From Eledone cirrhosa (taxonomy: Eukaryota), in the NCBI GenBank assembly GCA_964016885.1, contig OZ024743.1:194370001-194434000 (forward strand): a stretch of 64,000 nucleotides of DNA. The letters are read 5' to 3'. The notes below the pieces were generated by a model. That model saw nothing but the letters and a program-made list of their open reading frames with translations, did not search any database and was not told the origin of the DNA. Below are positions 1 to 12,481 of the stretch, one piece after another. The translations under genes and the position numbers were made by a program. Each line of letters opens with the position of its first letter. Positions within the stretch are counted from its first letter, which is position 1.

Positions 1-220
1 GTCTTCCTCCGGTTGCAACGTCTTTTGAAATATCCAGTACTGCGTTTACAGATTGACTTTGTTAGTTTCAGAAGATCCCGTTAAGGGTGAAAGCAGCGAT
101 TCTTTGCTTAAACTTTAATCTGTTATTTTAATAAATATTTGCTCTTCGGTTCTTATATATTTGATATATATTTTCCTTATCGAGCCCTCTTTGGATTTTA
201 GTCTTCAATTTTATTATTAT

Positions 221-222
<2 letters not shown>
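1..222 (+). mobile_element. Penelope-like terminal (pLTR-type) fragment carrying a hammerhead motif; partial copies at ~2587-2662 and ~40320-40372
   Basis: The same sequence recurs three times, each abutting (TA)n, and contains an HHR core. PLE assignment is inferred from the HHR and the context. Confidence 0.5.
64..114 (+). ncRNA. Type I hammerhead ribozyme motif (U4A variant)
   Basis: AGTTT-CAGAAGA-T-CCC gttaa GGG-T-GAAA-GCA gcgattctt TGC-TT-AAACT: stems I, II and III all pair; predicted cleavage after CUU. Confidence 0.65.
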
Positions 223-257
<35 letters not shown>

Positions 258-301
258 CATATATATATATATGTATGCATATATATATATATATATATGT
301 A

Positions 302-343
<42 letters not shown>
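223..343. repeat. (TA)n microsatellite, one of many (TA)n, (TATG)n, (TG)n and (GA)n tracts
   Basis: Direct reading. Confidence 0.95.
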
Positions 344-347
<4 letters not shown>

Positions 348-697
348 ACAGTTTAACACTGTGAGCTTCTCATTACTTCCATATTCTTTCTTAAATGAAA
401 TTTGGAAGTGAGTAGAATACATGAATGAGGTTTGGGCCACAATAGTATAGTAATCAGTTATAAATTTATAATTTAGGACAAGCTTTTATATTTTATGATT
501 AATATTCTACTTCAAATAATGAGAAATTTATGACGGTACAATATATAATCACTACAGATAAATATCATTAACGACCATAAAATCCAATTAATAAATGGCA
601 TATAATTTGGGAAATAGCAGACACATAAACAAAGACCACATAGTGCATTACAATCGTACTAATGTACACATATAGATACATTGTATTACTCTCTCAG

Positions 698-1003
698 CCA
701 GGGCCGGATTTAATGCGGGGCAAAGTGGGCAATTGCGCGGGTCAACTGCAGCGGAGACTCCCAACAGCGGCAGGCGTAACAATTTATTTTTGCCCTCAGC
801 TGTGCTTTTTTAGTTTTAGGATGGTTAGAATTTTTGTGTATGTATAACTTTTCAATTCTAATTACTTGTGCTAAGCTAACTTTGATATACAAAATTGAGT
901 GAGTTGCAATGCTGCTGTGTATTCTATTTTTGTGTCTGTGTGTTTATGAGGGGCTCCCAAACCTGAAGATCCTCGGGCCCACAAGGTCTAACCTGAGATT
1001 TGC
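698..1003. mobile_element. Possible degenerate MITE
   Basis: Starts CAGGGCCGGATT with GC-rich ends and an AT-rich centre; the right end is only loosely complementary. Confidence 0.2.
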
Positions 1004-1199
1004 CTATCTTACTGATCGCGTAACTGGTTTACGCCATGAAATATGGTTTTTAGAACTTGAACTGTTTATCATGTAGCAATCATTGGATATGAAATAGGTC
1101 AAATGAAAAGTAACGACATGTATGTATAACATCTTGTTTATATAAAGGAGTATATATACACACACATTCACATTAAACAGTGAAAAAGACACACAAACA

Positions 1200-1214
1200 T
1201 GTATGTATATATGA

Positions 1215-1275
<61 letters not shown>

Positions 1276-1511
1276 AACGTTTGTATATATGTATGTATGT
1301 ATACAATATGCATGTGTATGTATGTTTGTATGTATGTATGCATATCATGTATGTTTGTATATATGCGTATGTATGTTTGTATGTATGTATGTATGGATAT
1401 CATGTATCCATGCATGTGTGTGTATGATTGTATGTACGGGTCTGTATGCATGTATGTATGTATGTATGTATGTATGTATGTGTGTATGTAAGTATGTGTG
1501 TGTGTGTGTGT
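1200..1511. repeat. Compound (TA)n/(TATG)n/(TG)n microsatellite
   Basis: Direct reading. Confidence 0.95.
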
Positions 1512-1523
1512 AAGTCTGTATCT

Positions 1524-1850
1524 GAAGGCGCATATCTTTGTGGTTAAGCTATTCGGCTCACAATCATAAGGTCGTGAGTTACATTCCCGGCTGCACGTTG
1601 TGTCCTTGAGCAAGACACTTTATTTCACGTTGCTCCAGTCCACTCAGCTGGCAAAAATGAATTGTACTTCTAATTCAAAGGGCCAGTCTTGTCACCTTCT
1701 TTGTCACGCTGATTCTCCCTGAGAACTAAATTATGGGTACACGTGTTTGAGGAATGCTCAGCCACTTGCACGTCAATTTCACTAGCAGGCTGTTCCGTTG
1801 GTCGTATTAATTGGAACGCTAGTCGTCGTAACCGACGGAGTGCCGTACAA
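1524..1850 (+). mobile_element. tRNA-derived SINE with CORE-like domain
   Basis: tRNA-like head (GGCGCAT..TGGTTAAG..GTGAGTT) followed by TGTGTCCTTGAGCAAGACACTT..TGCTCCAGTCCACTCAGCTG; head and core shared with 41701-41978. Confidence 0.8.
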
Positions 1851-1907
1851 GCTTAATGTATGTATGTACGTATGTATGTTCTTGTTTCATTATTTCATAC
1901 ATATTTA

Positions 1908-2094
1908 AAGGGCGGTGGATTGGCAGTATCGGTAGAGGGTCGGACGCCATGCTTTCCAGCATAGTTACGTCCCTTTACGATCTGAGTTCAAATCCCGCCG
2001 AGGTTGACTTTGCCTTTCATCCTTACGGGGTCGATAAAATAAAGTACCAGTAATGCACTGGGTAATTGCTGGCCTTGTGCCTAAAGTAGAAACA
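1908..2094 (+). mobile_element. Young tRNA-derived SINE (Nin/Deu-like central domain) with 19-bp TSD
   Basis: A-box-like TGGCAGTATCGG, B-box GAGTTCAAATCC, central GACTTTGCCTTTCATCCT..GGGGTCGATAAAAT..GTACCAG; TSD ATTATTTCATACATATTTA at 1889-1907 and 2095-2113. Confidence 0.9.
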
Positions 2095-2138
2095 ATTATT
2101 TCATACATATTTACCAAGAGAGAGAGAGAGAGAGAGAG

Positions 2139-2173
<35 letters not shown>

Positions 2174-2534
2174 TCAGTCCTTGTATTAACATTGAACTAA
2201 AACCTGTTGAGAAAGTGGCTTCCTTGTTCAATCATCTTACCAGAAGCCTGACATTATTTGTGTAAGCAGACGGTACTTGATTTAGGAGCCGCAGAAACCC
2301 ATATACTGGATTTTACCAACCTTCCAGGGGTCCGGGTAAATTTTCAATACCCGAATTACTTGATCGTTTTTTTTGGCTATGCGAATGATTGTTTAACCAT
2401 CGTCTCAGTGTGTTTGGCCTTTAACGTTTGTTATAGCTCTGGTTCATCTGAATCATTGAGCACTTGCCGCACATCTCGGAAGTTGTTTTTCGTTATTTCG
2501 TGGGCCGAAATGCGAATCTCGATAATTTATGTTT

Positions 2535-2589
<55 letters not shown>

Positions 2590-2659
2590 TTTTGAAATAT
2601 CCAGTACTGCGTTTACAGATTGACTTTGTTAGTTTCAGAAGATCCCGTTAAGGGTGAAA

Positions 2660-2705
<46 letters not shown>

Positions 2706-2879
2706 TGTGTGTCAGTTTCTAACATAGACACAAAACTCTTTCAGGTAAATATGTATGTCTGCATGCGTGCGTGTGTGTGGGTGTGTGAAGGTTTGGATGT
2801 TATTGTATGTGTGGATGCGTATGTTTTGAGTTATATGTGTACACGTGCATAGGTTGTGTATCTATACACGTGTATATGG

Positions 2880-4290
2880 AGGTATTACATGCAGAATTTT
2901 GGGGTTGTTTTACATATTTTTACAATTCCATTAATGGATAGTAACTTCCCCACTAATCGTATTCTTTCTGGTTCTGTGAAGCCTAGTTTCTCAATATTTG
3001 TACTTCGGCAGTTACCAGCATATCCCAGTGCCCCAATAATCAGAGGTATAAGTCTGAGGTATAAATCTGTAGTTATAGTTAGGGAGGAGCGTCTGCAGAT
3101 AAGTTCTGCATAGATTTTACTCCGTTTCTCTAATCTTAACTATTATATGAGTTCCTTTCCAGACAGATTTGCCCAATAGATGGTCTCCTACGCTTGGTGG
3201 TTCGTTGATGTCGGAGGGCTATGATGCGACACTCAAACGCTCTGCACTGATACAATTCCTCCGCCTCCCTGTTTAGCTTTCAGGTAGAGGCGGTCTTAAT
3301 TACTGTTGATGTGGAAATGTCCAGTTTTGTTTAGGATTTTTCGGGTTTTAACATCGATAGTTCGGATTTCCTCTATCGTACCTTGTTACAAATACCATCA
3401 TAGGATATGTTCTAATCTATCCCTTCGTATCTGGAGCAGCTTTTTTCAGATATCGGCGAAATAAATATTGGTAGAATGGCTTGTAGTTTTCTCTCGCTTT
3501 CCAATTATGTATGTACATTTATTCTGGCCAAACTCCAGTCATATATTTTTCGAGAATGTCCTAAACATGTCAAGGTTTTTCTTCATCCCTTTTATGTTCT
3601 TGGCATAGAGTTTCAGGTCATCCATAAAAAATTTTATGGGTTAGGTTTGTATTCCTGCCCTCATGTGAGCAAATTATGAACTCTTCACATTTCTTGAGCT
3701 GAAAGGACATCGCAGTTTAGTTAATTAGGTATTATTCAGCACACCTCCAAACACCCCTCTTTCCAGCTGCTCGCTCATCTGTGATGATGTTATTATTGAC
3801 ACATTGATCTTGGAGAATTAATTAATTTCAGGCTGACTATACATTTTATACATTAGGTTCTGGCATATAAATAGTTTTTTGCCAAATAGGGGTCTTTGTT
3901 CTTGGGGACCAATATTGTTTGTGCTAATGTCAATCGCCAAGGTATATGTGTGTCTCCATTGAGAGCTTGCTGGTAGAGACTGATAAGATACATCCAATTG
4001 AATGTCAGTTTTCTGTATCAGTAGCCGACAATCAAATCTCTTCCTGGAGTTTTCCTATCTTGGAGTTTTCCTATCACAATCACGAGGGTATGATCATTGA
4101 TGGTATATGTCCTTTTTTGAAGTGTAGGGGCTGTAGCTTTATTGGACTTCTTTCAGCCATACTGCATCTTCTTTGAATTTCCTCTCTTCACCCCTTATCT
4201 TTCTCCAGAAACAATCTCCCTCTTTCTGGGATCGGCCTCAGTAATATTTAATACTTTGTCCTTCATATATCTTTAGACTGCTGTTTGATT
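2880..4290 (-). pseudogene. Highly degraded R4/Dong-like RT LINE fragment
   Basis: Minus-strand peptide pieces such as TILVPKNKD, AAGKRGVW and IDVKTRKILTKTGHFHINS..DRLYLKAKQGG resemble the RT regions of the other RLE elements here; many stops. Confidence 0.65.
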
Positions 4291-4847
4291 TCGGATGAAT
4301 CCATCTATCTATCTATCTTTATATCTCCATCTAATTCTTTCCTCCATATATATATATTATCCATATCAGCAAGCCTCTGCTGTTATTCATGGTTATAAAA
4401 TTTAGCAAGCCTAGCATTTACACCACTCACTCAAAGACATAGAATGACGTATATACACATATACACATACTCATACACCAACTAAACACCCCCACACACC
4501 CAATAAACACTCCCATCCGCCCCCACATATTCACTACCCACCTATATATATATAATCTTTACAAATTCAAAATATTATTTTCTATATATTTTTACTGAAT
4601 TTTAATACGTTCTTTATTCCAGTGTATAGGAATGTATTGCTTATCTAAGAGTGGTATATATAAAATATCTAAAGCGGATTGACTTGGAATACTTTTGAAA
4701 AGTTTTTTTCTGTTGGAACAGAAAAATATAAAACGCATGTGGAATATGTATAGTTGCTTAAGCAAGTCGTATTTCTTGTAATCAAAGAAACGGTACTCAC
4801 CATTTTGTAGTTTCTTTAACTCCATTTGCTGAGATTCTTTTCATTTT

Positions 4848-4933
4848 GTCATCGTCATCATAGCTACCTCCTTCACAATTATCATCATCGTCGTCGTCAT
4901 CACCATCATCATTAACACTATGATCATCATCAT

Positions 4934-4964
<31 letters not shown>

Positions 4965-5112
4965 TTCACCACCATCACATTCTACTTCATGATCATGATC
5001 ATCATCAAGATCATCATCATCAGCATCATCATCGTCATCATCTTCACCACCATGACATTCAACTTCATCATCATCATCATCGTCATCGTCATCGTCGTCG
5101 TCCGCATCACCA
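4848..5112. repeat. (CAT)n microsatellite
   Basis: Direct reading. Confidence 0.95.
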
Positions 5113-5473
5113 CGAAATGAAACACGTATACATTTCAGCAGGAAACCAACTACCTGATTTAGATGGAATTTTAGTGTATTTAGATGTTTTCATATTTAGT
5201 GTAAAAAAAATGATGATTTGATGTTCTTTCTCTTCAATGCAAATGCATTTTTAAAAAATCCATTTGTCTTCTATAACTCCAGCTTGAATGTCTCTAAAAT
5301 CACCTAAACTTTTCTTCTGGTATTTGTTTATCTTAAATATATGTTAAAAATTCATTTTAAAATGGCAGCGAAATATTAAATCTTACAGAACACGCATTTC
5401 TAACTGCTTGCGGGGACATTATTTACATTTGGTTAGAAACGCAATGGTGTATTTTTAATATATCTTGCTCAGT

Positions 5474-5531
5474 GTATATGTATGTATATATATATATATA
5501 TATAGATATATATATATATATATATATATAC

Positions 5532-5597
<66 letters not shown>

Positions 5598-5709
5598 GTA
5601 TATATATATATATGTTATATATATGTATATATACATACATGTATATATATATAGATATATATATGTGCGTGTTATATATATGTATATATACGTACATGTA
5701 TATAAATAC

Positions 5710-5743
<34 letters not shown>

Positions 5744-5744
5744 G

Positions 5745-5775
<31 letters not shown>

Positions 5776-5810
5776 GTATATATATATATGTATATATATA
5801 TATAAATACA
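5474..5810. repeat. Long (TA)n microsatellite
   Basis: Direct reading. Confidence 0.95.
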
Positions 5811-6906
5811 CAGTATATATATTAAATAACTGATTTATTTGATTTTATGGCAAACATATTTAGATTACATCTGGATTATGAATGAAAGTCTTTGTATATA
5901 GAATTCATAAATGATATCTTTCGTTATTCAAAACCTTGAGAAATTGAAAAATTATACCTCGATTTTTTTGTCATATTTATTTGGATATATTTATGCATAA
6001 AGCTACAGATTTTAGGGTTTCAAATGCATTATCGCTGCTATGCTCATGCTGTTACTAACGAAATGTGTTTTGTGAATGCAAAGTAATAAGTCAAATCGGA
6101 TGTCAAAATACATTCATCCAATGATTTTAGTAATTGTTATTTAAGTATGGTTGTTTCTTTTCTTAGACGAATAATGCTTTTTATATCTAATAATCATCGT
6201 GCGCACACTAGATGAAATGATATATTTCTTCAGAGTTAATTATGTTGAAGGAACCCCTAACTGGGGGAAAGTGAAATATTGGCGTTGATAATGTAGTTAA
6301 TATTCTTTTCAGATTGATGTTGTTTAGTGTTTTGATGAAAGAATATACGAGATGGGGATTATTTTCCAAATAAGTGATGAAGTAATTAAAATTAAGAGAA
6401 GCAAAGTGCATGCATTAAGTTTATTTAGACAGAAGCATGTCAACACCACACCGAAGCGGTAAAAAGGATAATATACGGAAGAAATAAGGACTATCGCCGC
6501 TGGAAATTGAACCAACTATATGTTGGTATGTATATCAGGATTAGCCTCTCGTTAACATTTATGTGGATACAATCAAAATGCAGACGCAGATGTTTGGCCT
6601 GTTTTGGTATTTTCTAAAGAGCGCTTAAAATTCTGAAAAAGAAATTTGTGATGAATATTCCGCTGAAGTAAACATATGTAGTCGCAATAAGTAATTACTT
6701 AAATATAGGATTTTCTATATAATCAGTCAAGCTGCTAGAAATAGTAGTCAAATCTACTTTACAACCCACACTGCCATATTGAATAGGAAAAGATCACATT
6801 AGATAATGTAATCGAAGTTACCCCAAATTGATAGAGTGGTATATAACTGAAATACCTTTGAACTTACGTTTGTTCTTATTGTTCTTACATTATTAGCTCA
6901 GACTAA

Positions 6907-7086
6907 GGCGTTGGGTATCAGTAGAGGGTCGGACGACATGCTTAGCAGCATAGAGTTACGGCTCTTTACGGTCTGAGTTCAAATCCTGCCGAGGTTAACT
7001 TTGCCTTTCATCCTTACGGGGTCGATAAAATAAACTACCAGTAATGCACTGGAATAATTTCTGGCCTTGTGCCAAAAGTAGAAACA
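6907..7086 (+). mobile_element. SINE of the 1908-2094 family, older copy
   Basis: Colinear with 1908-2094; degenerate TSD ATTATTAGCTCAGACTAA / ATTATCAGCCTCAGACCAA. Confidence 0.85.
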
Positions 7087-8117
7087 ATTATCAGCCTCAG
7101 ACCAAACAAAACACTACAGCAACTGGAGAATGAATGATTTAGTGTTAAGGATTGTAATGGGTTTAGAAATGTTTGATTCATGAATAGTATGATGCACTTT
7201 TGGAGGTGATGATTCAATATTTGAAGTAGGAGTTGGATGACATTAGACCATAGATCTCTTTTGAACGATGATTTTTATGACTACTCTAATCAGTGGGATA
7301 CATTCAGGTTACGAATGAAGAAAGAATGCGGAAATTAAATGAACGTGATATTGTTATATATCTAGATAGAGATGACAGTTAAATTAGGATTTAGTTTCAG
7401 AAAGAAAGAGTTTGGAAGCAATGAATTAGGTTATACTGCTGAGAATATACCTTGTTACAATAAGATCAAGATATGCTTGAAATTATACCCCGTATTTTCA
7501 TATGAAATCATCTGAAATCATACTTTAGACATTTTATTGTATCTGTTAGTTCTAAAATACTTGCAAAATTTTCAATTATAATTTTATTGCTAGCAAGGTT
7601 TTAATACATAAAAATGAAATAATTTAGGGGAACAACACTATTATTATATTGAATAATAGATAATAAAACTTAATTGTAAATTATAAACTGTTTCATATAT
7701 ATTAACTTAATGTTTAATTCAAAGTATTATGATTCCATAAACATTTTGTTTCTACAGTTCATCAAACCAGAGTGATGGTGGTTGTCATTATATATTGAGA
7801 GTATATATATTTTACGATCATTGATCCATAGATACAATATTTTTATGAGACATTTTATGATAATAGATCAATTTACTATCTGACTAATGTGGTGTGTTTA
7901 AGATCCTAATTACAAACTCTTGGGTATTTAGAAAATGTCAGTTTTCTCATACACATTTCAAACAGGGGTTAAATGTTTCTATTGCGAGAAAATAAGTGTT
8001 GCATTATTCCCGAAAGGTGAGAATAAATTTACTTTCTTAAGTAACAGATATTATTTAGACAAACCTTATGAATGATCGAAATGATAGTAGTGTCTTCTTC
8101 TTCTTCTTCTTCTTCTT

Positions 8118-8148
<31 letters not shown>

Positions 8149-8166
8149 TTATTATTATTATTATTA

Positions 8167-10330
8167 CAGCTGCATTTATCTTGCTTTATGTTCATACGAG
8201 TTATCACCAAGTCACAACCAGTGACCTCAAGAGACAACAAGGTCCGCCATGTTCAAGAAAGTACATACATACTCACACATGCATCTTTAGTGTTTAAACT
8301 TATGATGTACTTATATTGACAGAATCTTCCTTAGTATATGGGCAGTTCCCATTAGTACTATCTTTTGTATTTCTCCTATACGCGGGTTTCCTGGGATTTG
8401 CGATAAGCAATCATTAGACCCCTTAGGTATCATTCCTAGAGCACCTACAACCACTGGTATTGTTTTAGTTCTCAATTTCCACATTTTTCCAATTTCTATC
8501 TCCAGGTCCTTATACTTGCTCAATTTTTCAAATGTTTTTATAGATACATTCTTGTCTATTGGAACGGACATATCAATTAGCAGGCATACCCTCTTTTTAA
8601 AGTCATTCAATATTATATCAGGTCTATTTGCATCTATTTTTCGGTCTGTTTGGATGCTAAAGTTCCACAGCATTGAGATGTGATCTTTTTCAAGTATGGG
8701 AGGTGGTTGATGCTCCCACCAATTCTTTTGATGGGGCAGGTCAAAATGCTTACACATTATCCAATGTATGTATTGTGCAGCTCTGTCATGCCTGTTTAGG
8801 TATTCGGTTGGAGCTATAGGACTGCACATTGAAATTATATGGTCAATGGTCTCTGGTTGTTTTTTACATACACGGCATAATGGGCTGCATCCATTTTTTA
8901 TTATGTTGGCTTGGTAATTTTTTGTTGGCAGACACTGATCTTGTGCTGATATAATCAGTCCTTCAGTCTCCGATTTCAGTCCAGAGGATGCCAACCCCTG
9001 ATGGGTTAAAGTTTTGTCAACATCAGGATTGTTAGCTCGTTCTGGGTATTTTCCATACAGTGGCTTTTCTTGCCATTTCTTAGCCAGTTTCTGTAGCAGT
9101 TCTTTCTTTGCAGTTACTTTTACCTGCTTTGCTTTTTCTGTGTTTTCCATTTCAGCAGTAAATGGGACTTCTGAAATGTGTAATGTCTAACTGGATTAAC
9201 CCACGTCCTCCTTCTTTCCTAGGGAGATATATTCTATCTGTATCTGCCTTAGGGTAATGCATTCCGTGCATGGTTAAGAATTTTCGAATTATTGTATCGA
9301 GCCTACGGATCTCTGTGCTTGACCAGTTGATGACATTGTAACTGTAGGTTACTACTGGTATGGCAAGCGTGTTTATGGCATCGATCCTATTCCTTGCATT
9401 CAATTCCGTTTTTAAGATTGCTCTTACTCTGCGGTAACATTCCTTCCTTATCCTTTCCCTCATTGTCGAGTGCTTGATTCCGTCTCTTTCACAAACACCT
9501 AGATATTTGTAAGTTTCCTCTTGATCAAGTTCTCTTATCACATTCCCTCGATCAAGATTAATGTCTGAACTTTTCAGCAGCTTTCCTCTGGTGAACGTTG
9601 CTTTGGCGCATTTATCTAGTCCAAACTCCATTTTAATGTCATAACTGAACTGCTCCACAGTGGATAATAGCCCTTGCAATTGTTCATCATTTTTTGCAAA
9701 TAGTTTCAGGTCATCCATGTAGAACAAGTGATTAATGGTTTTGTCATAGACTTTATATCCATGTTTTGTTTCATTGATAATTTTACTTAATGGTATAAGT
9801 GCGATGCAGAATAAAAGCGGTGATAAAGAGTCACCCTGAAAAATTCCACAATTAATATTAACTTCTCCAGCTTCCAGTGATTTTGTTTCAAAAACTTCCT
9901 GACAAAAACTTCCTGACAACGGGGGATATTTTGAAAATCTCTAAACATTTTTCAATCCAACTGTGTGGCAAACTATCGAATGCTTTTTTATAATCTATCC
10001 AAGCAATTGATAGCTTTTTGTGTCCATTATGACAATCTTCCAGTATCATTTTGTTAACCAAAAGCTGATCCTTACAGCCATATGAGTCTCGTTTACACCC
10101 TTTCTACTCAATGGGAAATAGGTCATTTGTTATCAGGTGGTCATATGTATATTCAGTTAGGACTGATGTTAAAATTTTATACATTGTGGTCAAGCAAGTT
10201 ATCGGTCTGTAATTTTTGGGATTGTTTGTCTCACCATTCTTCGGAAGCAGGAATGTAATGTCGTTAACTAGCCATGATGGTATCTTTTCTGGCTCTTAAA
10301 CTATTTCATTGTAAAGTTGGGCTAACAGCA

Positions 10331-10331
<1 letters not shown>
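8167..10331 (-). mobile_element. R4/Dong-clade RLE LINE, family A copy 1 (5'-truncated, internal deletions)
   Basis: RT motifs GIFQGDSLSPLLF and YMDD; CCHC knuckle CRVC..ETIDHIISMC; RLE motif RPD..IDMSVP..K..KY; 3' UTR ends in (TAA)n; (TTA)n on both sides. Confidence 0.9.
8311..9919 (-). pseudogene. RT, zinc knuckle and restriction-like endonuclease ORF remnant (split at ~9150)
   Basis: ORFs 9152-9919 and 8311-9150; ~140-bp deletion relative to the copy at 29200-29345. Confidence 0.85.
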
Positions 10332-10370
<39 letters not shown>

Positions 10371-10581
10371 GGCGACCTACGTAGTAAATCGTATCATCGT
10401 GAGCTCCGCAAAGGTTTGTTATTTCCGTTTGTTAAAAATTGCCATTTATGGAAATTTTTTATTGTTAACTATATATAAGCGCACATACATTGTTTTCTGA
10501 AAAGGACACCCAAAAAGATTGGGGCCTTGTGCCCAATATTTAAACTTTTATGATTATCAACAAATTTATTTGAAAAAGAAT

Positions 10582-12448
10582 ATGGCTAATTCACCTCTGC
10601 ACCAAGCAGCTGAAAGCTTTCCTCACAAATTAACACCTCCCACCGACACCACCATTGTAAATGATACTACGTTTGCCAACACAAACAATTTAAGCACTAG
10701 CAATATTTTAAATTTGTCTCAGGCAGACATTCATTTCCCGCCATTACCAATGACTGCAGGTGGTAAAGCCGCCACCACCACCACCACCGCGACAACCACC
10801 ACCCCCACCACCACCGCGACAACAGAAACAAAAGGAAAAAATATATCAACTCGTGATGTCGAAATATTTTCAACCAAAATGGACTCTTCCAAACCGAACT
10901 CCACAGACGTCACCACCAACACAACTAAAACTAAAATTAATAATAGCAAAAATAACGATAGCAACAACAACCACAATGACATTAAAAAAACCACCCTGAG
11001 TTTTGCCAGAGGAGCAAAACAGTGCGAAGCATTTACGGTAACTCAGGAGGAATTAGAAAATGCCAAAAAAATGGTAAAGAAAGATGGGTACAGGGTGAGC
11101 CTCACCCCCTCCACCTAATAAAATGGAGCATCGGCGCCTATGCACCGTGTCGTATCGAACAATAAATGTAACACCAGAGGAGGCTAGAGAACACTCCATG
11201 GCCCCATTAAGAAGTGACGACTTCACACTCGTCCCAAGCTATTGTGGCCAGAGACTCGTAAAGATCAGAGTGACCCACGTTCCACCGGCCATCGAAAGTC
11301 ACTGGCTAAAAGCGGCCGTCCTCGCCGGCATCGAAGCCAACAAAGATAATCGAAATAGCAAAAGAAAAGCAGGAGAACTGGTCTGGATCTGGGATGGAGC
11401 TCCTGATCCAAGCGGACCAAAAAGGCATTGAGGAGATCCCAGAGGTAATAGACCTCACTGATGGCAGCCACCTCACCGTAATTGTCAAGGGCAGAAAGCC
11501 TAGGTGTGTCGTTTGTGGTGAAGGAACCCACCTAAGGGCTTTCTGCTCTCAGGCTAAAAGGTTGAGGCCACCTCTCCTACCCACCCCAGTGACTCAACCA
11601 TCAACACCACCAGTAGCAGAGATGGCAGCAACAACTGTAGCATCAACAACAGAAGCAACTATAACAGCAACAACCCCAGCAACAGTATCAAAACCAACAC
11701 CACCACCACCAGCAAAACCAACACCACCACCACCACCCAACGCTTCAGAGCTAGCACCAGCGCCTACACCATCCACCACGCCACAACCAAAACATGTGGA
11801 GCATGTGGAGGATTTTCTACTCCCCGCCCTATCACAACTGGAGACAGATTGTGACGACGAGGAGTGGGAACAGTATCAGGAAAAAAAAGAAAGAAACCAA
11901 AAAAGAAAAAATTCACTTCCTTCCCCTCCAAAAACAAAATACAGACGGAAACAAATAAGTTAACAAACAAAAAAGTTAGGTCAGATATGCCACCATCCAC
12001 ACCAGCATCACCAACCCCATCACCCCAAACACCAACACCATCACCATCATTAACCCCAACACCACCATCACCTACACCACAAAAATCACCAAAATGCGAA
12101 ACAGAAACAAACCCACAACAAACGCAAACAAAACAAAACAACCAAAACGATACACACTACACAGCATTAAATTTGAACAACAAGCGATTATTACACTACA
12201 TCCAACACAACACCAGCATCACAGAAAAAGACTACACAACAACCCAAAAATTCACACCACCTCCACACATACAAATCAATCGCATCACACAGAAAACGTA
12301 CTCGACACTAAAACAAAAATTCCCCAAATACATCGTAGACTTCCGACAAGCACTCTCCAGGACGATTTATAAGGACATCCTTCCGGAGGAGGCCACACGC
12401 AGTGAAAAGGATGGAGAAACCATCCTTCCTCTACGAGAAGTAAGGTAA
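10582..12448 (+). pseudogene. Tx1 ORF1 (gag-like, CX2CX4HX4C knuckle), frameshifted
   Basis: CVVCGEGTHLRAFC; Thr/Asn- and Pro/Thr-rich linkers; ~130-bp deletion near 11167 relative to B2. Confidence 0.8.
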
Positions 12449-12481
12449 GTGGCTTTCCCATCTTTTCCACTCCTTTTCAAC

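Noticed and set aside
1524-2094. tRNA-like sequences
   Set aside because: They are SINE heads: no complete cloverleaf, and they continue into SINE bodies with TSDs.
2172-2536. Insertion between (TA)n tracts, suspected PLE fragment
   Set aside because: No HHR core, peptide motif or second copy could be verified.
161-5833. Many ORFs rich in YIYI, VCVC, HTHT or poly-Ile, here and throughout the window
   Set aside because: They are translations of (TA)n, (TG)n, (TATG)n and (CAT)n microsatellites that happen to lack stops.
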